A stretch of DNA of 42,918 bases from Pseudomonadota bacterium (GCA_039804505.1 JBDLWA010000148.1:1-42918), one strand, 5' to 3'; shown: positions 1 to 12,734, counted from the stretch's first letter. Numbers and translations are program-made. Notes: a model not told the origin generated them from the letters alone.

Positions 1-207
1 TTACCGCCCCTGCTGGTCACGGCTCCTTTACAACTGCCGCCTGCAGAAGTGGCCGTTTTATTAGTCGGCTGGATCGTGATTTGGGCACTCTTGAGTCGTT
101 TTCAAATTCGTAGACAATACTGGCACGACGTTTGGGCTGGCACACAACTGGTTGAGGCGCCTCAAAAGTCCCCCGCCAACCCAACAACGCCTCAGTCCGA
201 AACTTAA
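1..207 (+). CDS. RDD-family membrane protein, 3' part (truncated by window start)
   Basis: Not in the ORF track. Frame 1 reads LPPLLVTAPL...GWIVIWALLSRFQIRRQYWHDVWAGTQLVE...SET, with TAA at 205-207. A hydrophobic helix followed by Q-x-WHD-x-x-AGT-x-LV is the typical RDD C-terminus. Confidence 0.8.
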   Translation, partial: LPPLLVTAPLQLPPAEVAVLLVGWIVIWALLSRFQIRRQYWHDVWAGTQLVEAPQKSPANPTTPQSET

Positions 208-248
208 CGCCCATGGCCGCCACAACGGCCCTTTGATGACGCCCTGCC

Positions 249-638
249 ATGCTCCCCGAAGACGTTAACCCCCAAAAAAGCCGCAAAGGCTTGTCCCGTA
301 TTTTTCACGCCAGTGGGTATTCCATCGAAGGTCTCATTGCGGGCTGGGGCGAAACAGCTTTCAGGCAAGAGGCCATCTTGGCTTGCTTTCTTCTGCCTGC
401 CGCATTTTGGTTAGGCCAAACCTGGGTTGAGGTCAGCATCTTGTGTGCCTCCGTGGTGTTTGTCATGGTGGTAGAACTCTTGAACACCGGCATTGAAACG
501 GCCATCGACCGTGTTGGCCCTGAATGGCACCACCTGTCCAAGCGCGCCAAGGACATGGGCAGCGCAGCCGTTTTACTCAGCTTATTGCTGTGCCTAGGCA
601 TCTGGGTTTCCGCTCTTTGGAAACTCATTCATGGCTGA
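249..638 (+). CDS. dgkA: Diacylglycerol kinase (prokaryotic DgkA)
   Basis: Motifs ETAFRQE, VELLNTGIETAID and KRAKDMGSAAV; 129-aa membrane protein. Confidence 0.95.
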   Translation: MLPEDVNPQKSRKGLSRIFHASGYSIEGLIAGWGETAFRQEAILACFLLPAAFWLGQTWVEVSILCASVVFVMVVELLNTGIETAIDRVGPEWHHLSKRAKDMGSAAVLLSLLLCLGIWVSALWKLIHG

Positions 639-1218
639 TCCGACCTTTTCACTCTGTGTTTACTGCGGGTCCCGCGCGGGTGACTCTCCAAGTTTTGAAG
701 CAGCCGCCACTGCAGTGGGCACCTGGATTGGACAGCACGGCGGCCAACTGGTTTATGGCGGTGGGCGAAACGGTTTGATGGGCACAGTGGCGCAGGCCAC
801 TTTGGCGGCCGGCGGCCGCGTGGTCGGCGTCATTCCCAGAGCATTGGTTGAAAAGGAATGGGCGCATACCGAATGCACCGAGCTTCACATTGTTGAAACC
901 ATGCACGAGCGCAAGCAAATGATGGCTGAACGCGCAGATGCCTTCATTGCATTGCCAGGCGGCATCGGTACCTTTGAAGAGTTTTTTGAGGTGTGGACTT
1001 GGCGCCAGCTGGGCTATCACAACAAGCCCATTGGCCTCTTAAATTTAGAAGCCTACTACGATCCCCTACTGACGTTTTTGCACTCAGTGGTCGCTCACGA
1101 CTTTATGGGCCCATGGCAAATGGATTTGATTCAATCGCATGCAGATGCACACACCCTGTTGCCCAATTTGGTTCAAGCCGCAGGGCTGCCCATCAAATTC
1201 CAAAGCGAAGCGATCTAA
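631..1218 (+). CDS. LOG-family nucleotide phosphoribohydrolase (TIGR00730-type)
   Basis: Motifs VYCGS, LVYGGG, MHERK and PGGIGTFEE. Confidence 0.93.
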   Translation: MADPTFSLCVYCGSRAGDSPSFEAAATAVGTWIGQHGGQLVYGGGRNGLMGTVAQATLAAGGRVVGVIPRALVEKEWAHTECTELHIVETMHERKQMMAERADAFIALPGGIGTFEEFFEVWTWRQLGYHNKPIGLLNLEAYYDPLLTFLHSVVAHDFMGPWQMDLIQSHADAHTLLPNLVQAAGLPIKFQSEAI

Positions 1219-1221
1219 AGA

Positions 1222-3256
<2,035 letters not shown>

Positions 3257-3260
3257 ACGG

Positions 3261-4430
3261 GTGCAGGATTTCGATTCCAACAATTATGTCATTGAGGTGC
3301 TGGCTTCAATGCGAAATATCGAGGCTGAAGCGTGGGATCACCTGTTAAATGCTCAAACCGAGCCGACCCCCTTCATGCAGCACGCCTACCTAAGCGCCAT
3401 GGAGAACACCGGCGCAGCCAGCCCGGAAACAGGTTGGACCCTCCACCTGCTGTGCATCCGAAAGCTAGAAAACGGTCAAACGGGTCCTCTTGTGGCGGCC
3501 GCTGTGCTGTATCTCAAAACCCATTCTTATGGCGAATATGTGTTTGATTGGGCCTGGGCAGATGCCTACCAACGACACGGTCTGCGCTATTACCCCAAAG
3601 CCATTTGCGCGTCCCCCTTCACGCCCGTGCCAGGCAGTCGCTTGTTGTCCGTCGATTCGACAAGCAAGCGCGCTTTGATTTCAGCCTTGGAACAACAAGC
3701 CCAAGAAAACGAATGGTCGTCCCTGCATTTGTTGTTTTTGTCACAGGAAGACTTATCAGCCTGTCAACAAGCAGGATGGCTCAGCCGCCACACCGTCCAG
3801 TTTCACTGGCAGAACCAAGGCTACGAAAGCTTTGACCATTTTCTTGCGCAATTTAGCCAAGAAAAGCGAAAAAAAATCCGCCAGGAACGGCGCAAGGTTG
3901 ATACCGCAGGTGTGCAGTTTGAAACCCTGGAAGGAACTCAAATTAGCAACAGCGATTGGGATTTTTTCTACCAGTGCTATGCCCAAACCTACTTTGAACA
4001 CGGTAACGCCCCCTACCTCAGCCGTCAGTTTTTTCAATCCATGCAAGACACCATGGCATCACATTGGTTGTTGTTCATTGCCGTCAAGGAGGGTCGCCGT
4101 ATTGCAAGCAGCCTGATTGGTCTGGACGGTCAAGTGGCCTATGGCCGCTATTGGGGGGCACTCGAACGTGTGGACTGCCTGCACTTCGAAGCATGCTACT
4201 ACCAGCCCATTGAGTGGTGTATTGCCAAAGGATTCAAGCGATTTGAGGGGGGCGCTCAAGGCGAACACAAAATGGCCAGAGCGTTGCTACCCGTCAAGGC
4301 CAGCAGCGCACACTGGCTAGCGCATCCCGATTTTTCGGACGCGGTTGAGCGGTACTTAGAAAAAGAAGGCCTCGGGGTGGAGGCCTATCTCGAGAACCTA
4401 GAAGCCCGATCACCCTTGAAAAAAGAGTGA
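3261..4430 (+). CDS. FemAB-like/DUF482 GNAT-fold protein
   Basis: Motifs HSYGEYVFDWAWA, PFTPVPG, YGRYWG, LHFEACYYQ and GAQGEHKMAR. Confidence 0.9.
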   Translation: MQDFDSNNYVIEVLASMRNIEAEAWDHLLNAQTEPTPFMQHAYLSAMENTGAASPETGWTLHLLCIRKLENGQTGPLVAAAVLYLKTHSYGEYVFDWAWADAYQRHGLRYYPKAICASPFTPVPGSRLLSVDSTSKRALISALEQQAQENEWSSLHLLFLSQEDLSACQQAGWLSRHTVQFHWQNQGYESFDHFLAQFSQEKRKKIRQERRKVDTAGVQFETLEGTQISNSDWDFFYQCYAQTYFEHGNAPYLSRQFFQSMQDTMASHWLLFIAVKEGRRIASSLIGLDGQVAYGRYWGALERVDCLHFEACYYQPIEWCIAKGFKRFEGGAQGEHKMARALLPVKASSAHWLAHPDFSDAVERYLEKEGLGVEAYLENLEARSPLKKE

Positions 4431-4491
4431 TCGGTAGAGGCTCTCAAATCGATCATCGCGGCCATCATAGTGGCGCGATGCTTCAAGCTTT

Positions 4492-5028
4492 TTAAGCTTG
4501 TGTTTTTTGGTAGTTGGCAATGCCGTCCAAGATTTCTTTCTTGGCAGACTCAGGGCCTTCCCAACCCAACACCTTCACCCACTTGCCTGCTTCCAAATCT
4601 TTGTAGTGCTCAAAGAAGTGGGCAATGGTTTTCAAACGCAGGGGATTCAAGTCCTCAGGTTTTTGCCACTGTGTGTAAATTGACAAAATTTTGTCGGTGG
4701 GCACGGCCAAAACTTTGCCATCTTCGCCCGCTTCGTCTTCCATTTTCAGAATGCCAATAGCACGGCAAGGCACCACGACGCCTGGATACAAGGGCACGGG
4801 GGTGATCACCAACACGTCAACAGGATCGCCATCGCCGCTGATGGTTTTGGGGACATAACCATAGTTGGTGGGGTAATGCATGGCCGTGGACATGAAACGG
4901 TCCACAAAAATAGCGCCAGTGGCTTTGTCCACTTCGTATTTCACAGGATCGGCATTCATCGGAATTTCGATGATCACATTGAATTGTTCAGGAACTTTGC
5001 TACCAGGGGTGACGTTGTCTAAGGACAT
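4492..5028 (-). CDS. ppa: Soluble inorganic pyrophosphatase, family I
   Basis: Motifs KYEVDK, YPTNYG, DGDPVD and FFEHYKDLE. Confidence 0.97.
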   Translation of the reverse strand: MSLDNVTPGSKVPEQFNVIIEIPMNADPVKYEVDKATGAIFVDRFMSTAMHYPTNYGYVPKTISGDGDPVDVLVITPVPLYPGVVVPCRAIGILKMEDEAGEDGKVLAVPTDKILSIYTQWQKPEDLNPLRLKTIAHFFEHYKDLEAGKWVKVLGWEGPESAKKEILDGIANYQKTQA

Positions 5029-5243
5029 ATTTTCTAAAGTCTCAAGAGTTGATTTAAATCTAAGAAGATGTGGATTAACCCCGATTTTACTTTCACAAGC
5101 CTTGCGTCTTCAAGACAATGCGCTTTAAATGAATTTGTTGGCCAATCGAGCCCTTGAACCTTGAAGGAACCGAGGAAGCAACGCCTGGAGGTGTACCCCA
5201 AGCGTTGCACCTCTGTTCAGCGACAACACTCAAGGAGATTGAT

Positions 5244-7310
5244 ATGACAGGCAATTCAGCGTTGATATTGGCGCTCGTTTGCGGACTGATCGCCGTTTTT
5301 TACGGTGTTTGGGCTCGCGGATGGATTCTGGCCCAAGACCCTGGCAATGACCGAATGCAAGAAATTGCAGCCGCGATTCAGGCCGGGGCCGCCGCTTACC
5401 TTGCAAGGCAGTACACCACCATTGCCATGGTGGGTGTGGTTTTGGCCATTCTCATGGGCATCTTCCTCGACATGACCACCGCCATTGGTTTTGTCATTGG
5501 CGCCGTGCTTTCAGGGGCTTGTGGCTTTATTGGGATGAACGTTTCGGTTCGGGCCAACGTCCGAACCGCTCAAGCGGCCACCAAGGGTATTGGCCCTGCC
5601 CTCGATGTGGCATTTCGCGGTGGCGCCATCACCGGCATGCTGGTGGTGGGGCTGGGACTTTTGGGCGTGACTGGTTTTTACTGGTTTTTGGCGGGCAGTG
5701 GGCCCCTGGCCCCCGACGCCAAGCTTTCCGTCATGTTGAACCCGCTCATTGGCTTTGCCTTTGGCTCGTCTCTCATCTCTATCTTTGCCCGTTTGGGCGG
5801 CGGTATCTTTACCAAGGGCGCTGACGTCGGGGCCGACTTGGTGGGCAAGGTAGAAGCCGGCATTCCAGAAGACGATCCCCGCAACCCCGCCGTGATTGCC
5901 GACAATGTCGGTGACAACGTGGGCGACTGTGCAGGCATGGCAGCCGACTTGTTTGAAACCTATGCGGTGACATTGATCGCCACCATGGTGTTGGGATCGC
6001 TATTGGTCGCGGGCGCCCCTGGCAACGCCGTGATGTATCCCCTCGCCTTGGGCTCGGTGTCCATTGTGGCTTCTATCATTGGCTGCTTCTTTGTGAAGGC
6101 GTCGCCTGGCATGACCAACGTGATGCCCGCGCTTTACAAGGGTTTGGCCATCGCGGGCGTCTTGTCTTTGATCGCCTTCTACTTTGTCACAATGTGGATC
6201 ATGCCCGACAACGCCATCGCAGCCAGCGGCAGCCAAATGAAGTTGTTTGGCGCCTGCACTGTGGGTTTGGTTTTAACCGCGGCCTTGGTGTGGATCACTG
6301 AGTTCTACACGGGCACACAGTACAGCCCCGTGCAGCACATTGCACAGGCTTCGACCACGGGCCACGGGACCAATATCATTGCGGGCTTGGGCGTGTCGAT
6401 GCGCTCTACGGCCTGGCCTGTGATTTTTGTGTGTATTGCCATTTTGGTGTCGTATGGCTTGGCGGGTTTGTACGGCATCGCTGTGGCCGCCATGTCCATG
6501 CTATCCATGGCCGGCATTGTGGTGGCTTTGGACGCCTATGGCCCCATCACTGACAACGCGGGTGGCATTGCCGAAATGGCGGAATTGCCCAGCAGCGTGC
6601 GCGACATAACCGACCCCCTTGATGCTGTGGGCAACACCACCAAAGCTGTGACCAAGGGCTATGCCATTGGCTCGGCAGGCTTGGCATCCTTGGTTTTGTT
6701 TGCAGACTACACCCACAAATTGGAATCCTATGGCAAGACCATTACTTTTGACTTGTCCGATCCTTTGGTCATTGTGGGCTTGTTCATCGGCGGCCTGATC
6801 CCCTACTTGTTTGGTGCGATGGCCATGGAAGCCGTGGGCCGCGCCGCTGGCGCTGTGGTGGTGGAGGTCAGGCGCCAGTTCAGTGAAATCAAGGGCATCA
6901 TGGAGGGCACTGCCAAGCCAGAATACGGCCGCGCAGTGGACATGCTGACCACGGCGGCCATTCAGGAAATGGTGATCCCTAGCTTGTTGCCTGTGGTGGC
7001 CCCCATTGTGGTGGGCTTGCTCTTAGGCCCTAAAGCCTTGGGCGGTTTGCTAATGGGCACCATCGTGACCGGTTTGTTTGTGGCCATTTCAATGTGTACG
7101 GGCGGTGGCGCTTGGGACAATGCCAAGAAATACATTGAAGATGGTCATCACGGCGGCAAAGGCTCGGAAGCCCACAAAGCGGCGGTGACCGGCGACACCG
7201 TAGGTGACCCCTACAAAGACACAGCGGGTCCCGCCATCAATCCGCTGATCAAAATCATCAACATTGTGGCGCTGCTCATCGTGCCCCTGGTGATGAAGTT
7301 CCACAGCTAA
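5244..7310 (+). CDS. hppA: Membrane-bound ion-translocating pyrophosphatase, K+-independent H+-PPase type
   Basis: Motifs [20 protein letters not shown] and GDPYKDT. GNTTKA has Lys at the K+-dependence determinant, indicating the K+-independent type. SD AAGGAG at 5232-5237 precedes ATG 5244. Confidence 0.95.
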   Translation: MTGNSALILALVCGLIAVFYGVWARGWILAQDPGNDRMQEIAAAIQAGAAAYLARQYTTIAMVGVVLAILMGIFLDMTTAIGFVIGAVLSGACGFIGMNVSVRANVRTAQAATKGIGPALDVAFRGGAITGMLVVGLGLLGVTGFYWFLAGSGPLAPDAKLSVMLNPLIGFAFGSSLISIFARLGGGIFTKGADVGADLVGKVEAGIPEDDPRNPAVIADNVGDNVGDCAGMAADLFETYAVTLIATMVLGSLLVAGAPGNAVMYPLALGSVSIVASIIGCFFVKASPGMTNVMPALYKGLAIAGVLSLIAFYFVTMWIMPDNAIAASGSQMKLFGACTVGLVLTAALVWITEFYTGTQYSPVQHIAQASTTGHGTNIIAGLGVSMRSTAWPVIFVCIAILVSYGLAGLYGIAVAAMSMLSMAGIVVALDAYGPITDNAGGIAEMAELPSSVRDITDPLDAVGNTTKAVTKGYAIGSAGLASLVLFADYTHKLESYGKTITFDLSDPLVIVGLFIGGLIPYLFGAMAMEAVGRAAGAVVVEVRRQFSEIKGIMEGTAKPEYGRAVDMLTTAAIQEMVIPSLLPVVAPIVVGLLLGPKALGGLLMGTIVTGLFVAISMCTGGGAWDNAKKYIEDGHHGGKGSEAHKAAVTGDTVGDPYKDTAGPAINPLIKIINIVALLIVPLVMKFHS

Positions 7311-7358
7311 GTCGTTCTGCTGCAGGGTGGCGTTTCTAAGGCGCGCCACTGATGTGAC

Positions 7359-7394
7359 AAAAGCCCGTGCTGGGTTGACATCGCGGGCTTTTTT
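7359..7394 (+). terminator. Intrinsic terminator after hppA
   Basis: Stem AAAAGCCCG...CGGGCTTTT running into a T6 tract. Confidence 0.7.
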
Positions 7395-7411
7395 ACGCGC
7401 AAAATAGCACC

Positions 7412-8845
7412 ATGCAACTCAATTTCATTCACAACCAATCGGTGGCCAGCCAAAGCGGACAGACACTGCCCGTGATCGATCCATCCAATGGCCAAACCTT
7501 TGATCACATTCAACGTAGCAATGCGCAAGACATTGATCTGGCTGTCAAATCTTCGAGGGAATGCTTTGAAGGGCCTTGGTCCAAATTGAACGCGGCAGAA
7601 CGCGGCCGTTTGTTGATGGCGTTGTCACGCAAAGTGGCTGAGCATGCAGACGAGTTGATGCAGCTCGAGCAACGCGACTGCGGCAAACCAACGCAGCAAG
7701 CCATGGCCGATGCCCGGGCCTTGGCGCGCTATTTTGAGTTTTACGCCGGCGCTTGCGATAAGTTTCACGGCGAAACCATTCCCTACCAAAATGGCTACAG
7801 CGTCTTGACGTGGCGTGAGCCGCACGGGGTGACAGGCCATGTGGTGCCTTGGAATTACCCCATGCAAATATTTGGCAGGTGTGTGGGCGGCGCGCTGGCC
7901 TCTGGCAACGTCTGTGTGGTCAAACCCGCAGAAGATGCATGTTTGAGTTTGATACGTGTAGCACAATTGGCTGCTGAAGTGGGTTTTCCACCAGGTGCCA
8001 TCAACATCGTGACGGGCCTAGGACATGAGGTGGGCGATGCCTTGGCAAAGCACCCTGGCATTGATCACATCAGCTTTACAGGCAGCCCCTCAGTGGGCAC
8101 CCTCATTCAACAAGCTGCAGCGGTCAGACACTGCCCAGTCACCTTGGAGTTGGGTGGCAAAAGTCCACAAATCATTTTTGCCGATGCTGACCTTGATGCA
8201 GCCATCCCTGTCATCATCAATGCCATTGTTCAAAACTCAGGACAAACCTGCAGTGCGGGTTCTCGTGTGCTCATTGAGAAAAGTATTTACGAGCCCTTGC
8301 TACTTCGATTGGGTGAAGCTTTTTCCAAATTGCGTGTGGGGCCCGCAAGCGCCGACCTCAATTTGGGCCCCCTCATTCGCGCAACCCAAAAGCAACGTGT
8401 TCAGGGCTTCTTAGAAGAAGCGCAAGCCGCTGGTATTCGTGTGGTGGCGCAAGGCAGCGTGGTGCCTGAAGCGCCTGAATCGGGGTTTTATCAGGCGCCC
8501 GTGTTGTTGCGAGACGTGCCTGTTGATCACCGCGTTGCCCAAGAAGAAGTGTTTGGCCCCGTGTTGTCAGCCATGTGTTTTGAAGGCGAAGATCAAGCCG
8601 TGGCCATGGCCAATGCCACCGACTTCGGCTTGGTGGCTGGCGTCTGGACACGCGACGGCGGACGGCAATTCAGAATGGCCAAACGCCTGCGCAGTGGGCA
8701 GGTCTTTGTTAACAATTACGGCGCCGGCGGTGGCGTTGAATTACCCTTTGGTGGCGTCAAGTCATCGGGTCACGGCCGGGAAAAAGGCTTTGAAGCCCTG
8801 TATGGTTTCACCACCTTAAAAACAGTGGCCATCCATCACGGTTAA
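7412..8845 (+). CDS. NAD(P)-dependent aldehyde dehydrogenase
   Basis: Motifs PWNYP, FTGS, LELGGKSP, NSGQTCSA (catalytic Cys) and EEVFGP. Confidence 0.95.
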   Translation: MQLNFIHNQSVASQSGQTLPVIDPSNGQTFDHIQRSNAQDIDLAVKSSRECFEGPWSKLNAAERGRLLMALSRKVAEHADELMQLEQRDCGKPTQQAMADARALARYFEFYAGACDKFHGETIPYQNGYSVLTWREPHGVTGHVVPWNYPMQIFGRCVGGALASGNVCVVKPAEDACLSLIRVAQLAAEVGFPPGAINIVTGLGHEVGDALAKHPGIDHISFTGSPSVGTLIQQAAAVRHCPVTLELGGKSPQIIFADADLDAAIPVIINAIVQNSGQTCSAGSRVLIEKSIYEPLLLRLGEAFSKLRVGPASADLNLGPLIRATQKQRVQGFLEEAQAAGIRVVAQGSVVPEAPESGFYQAPVLLRDVPVDHRVAQEEVFGPVLSAMCFEGEDQAVAMANATDFGLVAGVWTRDGGRQFRMAKRLRSGQVFVNNYGAGGGVELPFGGVKSSGHGREKGFEALYGFTTLKTVAIHHG

Positions 8846-8873
8846 CAAGACTTTAAGTTCTAAAGGATTTTTC

Positions 8874-9635
8874 ATGAACATCAATCAAAAAGTAGTCATC
8901 GTGACCGGCTCGGGCGGCGGCATTGGCGAAGGCATTGCCAAACATTTTGCAGCGCATGGTGCCAAGGTCTTGGTCAATGACATCAACGCTGCAGCGGGAC
9001 AAAAAGTAGTGAACGACATTCAAGCGGCTGGTGGAACTGCTGCGTTTTTTGCAGCCGACGTCACCCGCTCCGACGATGTGAAGGCCATGGTGAACGAAGC
9101 CGTCAAAATTTGGGGACATTTAGATGTGATGATCAACAACGCAGGCTGGACGCATCGCAACCGCCCCGCTTTGGAAGTGAGCGAAGAAGAATTTGACAAA
9201 TGCTTTGCGGTCAACATGAAAAGCATTTATCTGGCAACGGTTCATGCGGTGCCAGCGTTTAGAAAAAATGGCGGCGGTAGTTTCATCAACATTGCCTCCA
9301 CGGCAGGCATTCGCCCTCGCCCAGGCCTGACTTGGTACAACGGCTCGAAAGGCGCTGTCATCACCACCAGCAAATCCTTGGCGGCCGAGCTGGGGCCCGA
9401 CAATATTCGTGTGAACTGTATCAACCCCGTGTTCAACCCCGACACAGGTTTGTCTGCCGAGTTTGCGGGCGGTCCTGTAGATGACGCCAAACGCGCTAAG
9501 TTCATGGCCACTATTCCACTAGGCCGTTTTTCGACGTCATTGGATGTGGCCAATGCCGCTTTGTATTTGGCCAGTGATGAAGGCTCTTTCATCAGTGGCG
9601 TGTGCATTGAAGTAGACGGCGCACGTTGTGTCTGA
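8874..9635 (+). CDS. Short-chain dehydrogenase/reductase (FabG-like)
   Basis: Motifs [12 protein letters not shown] and catalytic YNGSK. Confidence 0.93.
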   Translation: MNINQKVVIVTGSGGGIGEGIAKHFAAHGAKVLVNDINAAAGQKVVNDIQAAGGTAAFFAADVTRSDDVKAMVNEAVKIWGHLDVMINNAGWTHRNRPALEVSEEEFDKCFAVNMKSIYLATVHAVPAFRKNGGGSFINIASTAGIRPRPGLTWYNGSKGAVITTSKSLAAELGPDNIRVNCINPVFNPDTGLSAEFAGGPVDDAKRAKFMATIPLGRFSTSLDVANAALYLASDEGSFISGVCIEVDGARCV

Positions 9636-10791
9636 ACGCGTTATTCCTGTCATCAGCCAGCCCTTAGGGCACTTGCCCATTCCATCCATGGCGCAAGGCC
9701 TTGCTTGGTCTAGCGGTCAAGCGATCAGAGACCGTTTGTCTCGCCCCTTGCGTGACTTGCGCATCAGCGTCACCGATCGTTGCAATTTTCGATGCAGCTA
9801 TTGCATGCCCAAGGAAATTTTCAACAACGATTACAACTATTTGCCCCACAGCGCCTTGCTCAGCTTTGAGGAGATCACACAACTTGCCAAAAGCTTCGTC
9901 GAATTAGGCGTTGAAAAAATTCGATTGACGGGCGGTGAGCCTTTGCTGCGCAAAAATTTAGAAGTCTTGATTGCACAATTGGCCGCACTTCGAACAGCCC
10001 AAGGCAAGCCACTCGATATCACGTTAACCACCAATGGATCCTTGCTGGCACGCAAAGCCGTCCTGCTTAAAGAGGCAGGTCTTCAGCGCGTCACCGTGAG
10101 CTTGGATGGGCTGGACGATGCGGTGTTCAAAAGCATGAACGATGTCGATTTTCCGGTCAGTGATGTCTTGGAAGGTATTGCGGCTGCCCAAGCGGCAGGA
10201 CTTGGCCCCATCAAAGTCAACATGGTAGTGAAGCGAGGCACCAACGAGCAAGAAATTTTGCCCATGGCGCGCTACTTCAAAGGCTCAGGCATTGCGCTTC
10301 GGTTTATTGAATACATGGATGTAGGGGCAACCAACGGCTGGCGCATGAATGAAGTAATGCCCAGTGCAGACGTATTGGCCTTACTGCAATCGGAATTTCA
10401 GCTGGCACCACTGCCTGCCGCCAACCAAGGTGAAACGGCAGAACGCTGGGGCTTCCTCAATGAACAAGGTCACCTCGATACCCGTTTGGGCGAGATAGGT
10501 TTTATCAGCAGTGTGACCAAAGCGTTTTGCAGCGATTGCAATCGCGCACGCATCACCACTGAGGGGCAGCTTTATTTGTGCTTGTTTGCTTCACAAGGCT
10601 ATGACCTCAAATCACTGATCCGAAACAACGGAACGCCTGAGTCCATCACAGAAGCCATTGCGGCCATTTGGTCGCAACGTGGCGATCGGTACTCTGAGTT
10701 GAGAAAGACAGAGCCGTCCGCAGTAGAAGTTTCAAACCACTCACCCGATACGCGCAAGCGCAAAGTTGAAATGAGCTACATCGGTGGATAA
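9628..10791 (+). CDS. moaA: GTP 3',8-cyclase (molybdenum cofactor biosynthesis)
   Basis: Radical [11 protein letters not shown], second cluster CSDCNR...LC, and C-terminal MSYIGG. Confidence 0.97.
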   Translation: MSERVIPVISQPLGHLPIPSMAQGLAWSSGQAIRDRLSRPLRDLRISVTDRCNFRCSYCMPKEIFNNDYNYLPHSALLSFEEITQLAKSFVELGVEKIRLTGGEPLLRKNLEVLIAQLAALRTAQGKPLDITLTTNGSLLARKAVLLKEAGLQRVTVSLDGLDDAVFKSMNDVDFPVSDVLEGIAAAQAAGLGPIKVNMVVKRGTNEQEILPMARYFKGSGIALRFIEYMDVGATNGWRMNEVMPSADVLALLQSEFQLAPLPAANQGETAERWGFLNEQGHLDTRLGEIGFISSVTKAFCSDCNRARITTEGQLYLCLFASQGYDLKSLIRNNGTPESITEAIAAIWSQRGDRYSELRKTEPSAVEVSNHSPDTRKRKVEMSYIGG

Positions 10792-10830
10792 GCATTGGTC
10801 TCATGCCATGAAGCACCTTCAACAACGCCC

Positions 10831-11454
10831 ATGAATCTCATTCGCATCACTGGTTTAATTTTGGCAGGTGGCAAAGGTTCGCGGATGGGCGGCATCGACA
10901 AGGGTCTGCAAAATTTCAATGGCACCCCACTCGCCCACCATGCACTCAAACGTCTCCAAATGCAGCAAGGTGCGCCCCTAGCAGACATCATGATTGTGGC
11001 GAATCGAAATCAATCGGCCTATCAATCGTTTGGCGTATCTGTGTTGTCCGATAGCACGGCTGATTTCGCTGGCCCTCTGGCGGGCTTTTTGACGGGTTTA
11101 GAACATTGCCAAACCTCACACGTTTTGACGGTACCGTGTGACAGCCCTTTGTTTCCTCTGAACCTAGCGCAGCAACTTTTGGAAGCGATGGAAAAGGCTG
11201 ACGCAGACATTGCCCTTGCAGCCGCACGCGAAGAGGATGGTGTGATCAGATCTCAACCTGTGTTCTGTTTGATGAAAGTCACACTGCGCGAAAGCTTGTC
11301 TCAATTCATGCAAGCAGGTGGCAGAAAAGTTGATGCTTGGACAGCGCAACACATCACCGTCGTGGTCCCTTTTGACACGCCCGACATGGACCCTCGTGCT
11401 TTCTTCAATGCCAACACATTAGAAGAACTCCACCATTTAGAAAAAGCATCATGA
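10831..11454 (+). CDS. mobA: Molybdenum cofactor guanylyltransferase
   Basis: Motifs LAGGKGSRMGGIDKGL, GPLAG, PCDSP and FFNANT. Start placed at ATG 10831. Confidence 0.95.
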   Translation: MNLIRITGLILAGGKGSRMGGIDKGLQNFNGTPLAHHALKRLQMQQGAPLADIMIVANRNQSAYQSFGVSVLSDSTADFAGPLAGFLTGLEHCQTSHVLTVPCDSPLFPLNLAQQLLEAMEKADADIALAAAREEDGVIRSQPVFCLMKVTLRESLSQFMQAGGRKVDAWTAQHITVVVPFDTPDMDPRAFFNANTLEELHHLEKAS

Positions 11455-12734
11455 AGTCTGCTCAGTCTTTGGCTGAAATAGCCGCCAAACTGCAAGGCTA
11501 CGACCCTCAAGCATTGGACGTTGAGGGCGTTTTAAAATTTCTGAGTGAGTTGGTCACACCCATCGAAGCGATTGAAGAGATTGACATCATGCAATCGCTT
11601 CAGCGCGTTGTGGCAGCAGATGTGATCTGCCCCATCCACGTGCCACCACATGACAACTCGGCCATGGATGGATACGCATTCAACGGCGCCCAACTTGATT
11701 CACGTGATTCGCTCACGTTGAAGGTCATAGGAACAGCCTTGGCCGGCAAGGCATGGCAAGGTGAGATCCAACTAGGCGAATGCATCAAGATCATGACGGG
11801 TGCCATCATGCCAGCAGGTCTAGATACAGTTGCTCCTCAAGAAATTTGCACCCACTCGGCTGACTCAAGTTCAGTGACGCTTCCCAAGGGTGCGCTTCAA
11901 CGCGGCGACAACAGAAGGCTGCGCGGTGAAGATCTGACACAAGGTTTACCGGCGGTGATGAAGGGTCAAATCATCAACCCTGCCGTGGCTGGTTTATTGG
12001 CCAGTTTAGGTTTGCCCAAGGTGAAGGTTTACCGAAAACTCAAAGTGGCTTATTTTTCTACGGGCGATGAAATACTCAGCCTGGGCGAAGCACCCAGAGA
12101 AGGTGCGGTGTACGACAGCAACCGCTACACGGTGCATGGTTTGGTTCAAGAACTGGGCTGCGAAATGATTGACATGGGCGTGGTGAGAGACGATCCTGTC
12201 CTGTTAGAACAAGCCTTCATTCAAGCGGCCCAATCGGCCGATGCCGTCATTACCAGTGGTGGTGTCAGTGTCGGCGAAGCCGATTTCACCAAAGCCATGA
12301 TGAAAAAACTGGGGGATGTGGCCTTTTGGAAAATTGCCATGCGGCCCGGTCGCCCCATGGCGGTCGGCCGCTTACATCATGGCAATCGATCGGCCGTCTT
12401 GTTTGGCCTGCCGGGCAATCCTGTTGCGGTGATGGTCACGTTCCTGGCATTTGTCAAACCGGCGCTGTTGCAAATGATGGGAAGCACCGCACCAGTCTTG
12501 CCCTTGGTCAGAGCCCGCACACAAGAGGTCTTGAGAAAGAAGCCCGGCCGTACCGAATACCAGCGTGGTGTTTTTTCTAGGAATGAACAGGGTGAGTTGA
12601 TCGTTCGGACCACCGGCAACCAAGGCTCTGGCGTGTTGAGCTCTATGGTTCAAGCCAATTGCCTCATTGTGTTAGCGCATCAACAAGCCACAGCGCAAGT
12701 GGGTGACTGGGTGGATGTATTGCCCCTAGGCTAA
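11451..12734 (+). CDS. moeA: Molybdopterin molybdotransferase (gephyrin-like)
   Basis: Motifs SAMDGYA, IMTGA, STGDE, SGGVSVG and GLPGNPV. Confidence 0.96.
   Translation: MKSAQSLAEIAAKLQGYDPQALDVEGVLKFLSELVTPIEAIEEIDIMQSLQRVVAADVICPIHVPPHDNSAMDGYAFNGAQLDSRDSLTLKVIGTALAGKAWQGEIQLGECIKIMTGAIMPAGLDTVAPQEICTHSADSSSVTLPKGALQRGDNRRLRGEDLTQGLPAVMKGQIINPAVAGLLASLGLPKVKVYRKLKVAYFSTGDEILSLGEAPREGAVYDSNRYTVHGLVQELGCEMIDMGVVRDDPVLLEQAFIQAAQSADAVITSGGVSVGEADFTKAMMKKLGDVAFWKIAMRPGRPMAVGRLHHGNRSAVLFGLPGNPVAVMVTFLAFVKPALLQMMGSTAPVLPLVRARTQEVLRKKPGRTEYQRGVFSRNEQGELIVRTTGNQGSGVLSSMVQANCLIVLAHQQATAQVGDWVDVLPLG

Noticed and set aside
5154-5243. 30-codon N-terminal extension of hppA in the ORF track
   Set aside because: TTG start has no SD, while a strong SD precedes ATG 5244. 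The region is better explained as a structured leader.
5135-5246. hppA leader as a fluoride (crcB) riboswitch or 6S RNA
   Set aside because: It lacks the GGCGATGG/TGATG fluoride-riboswitch signatures and is too short for 6S RNA. Kept as an unknown motif.
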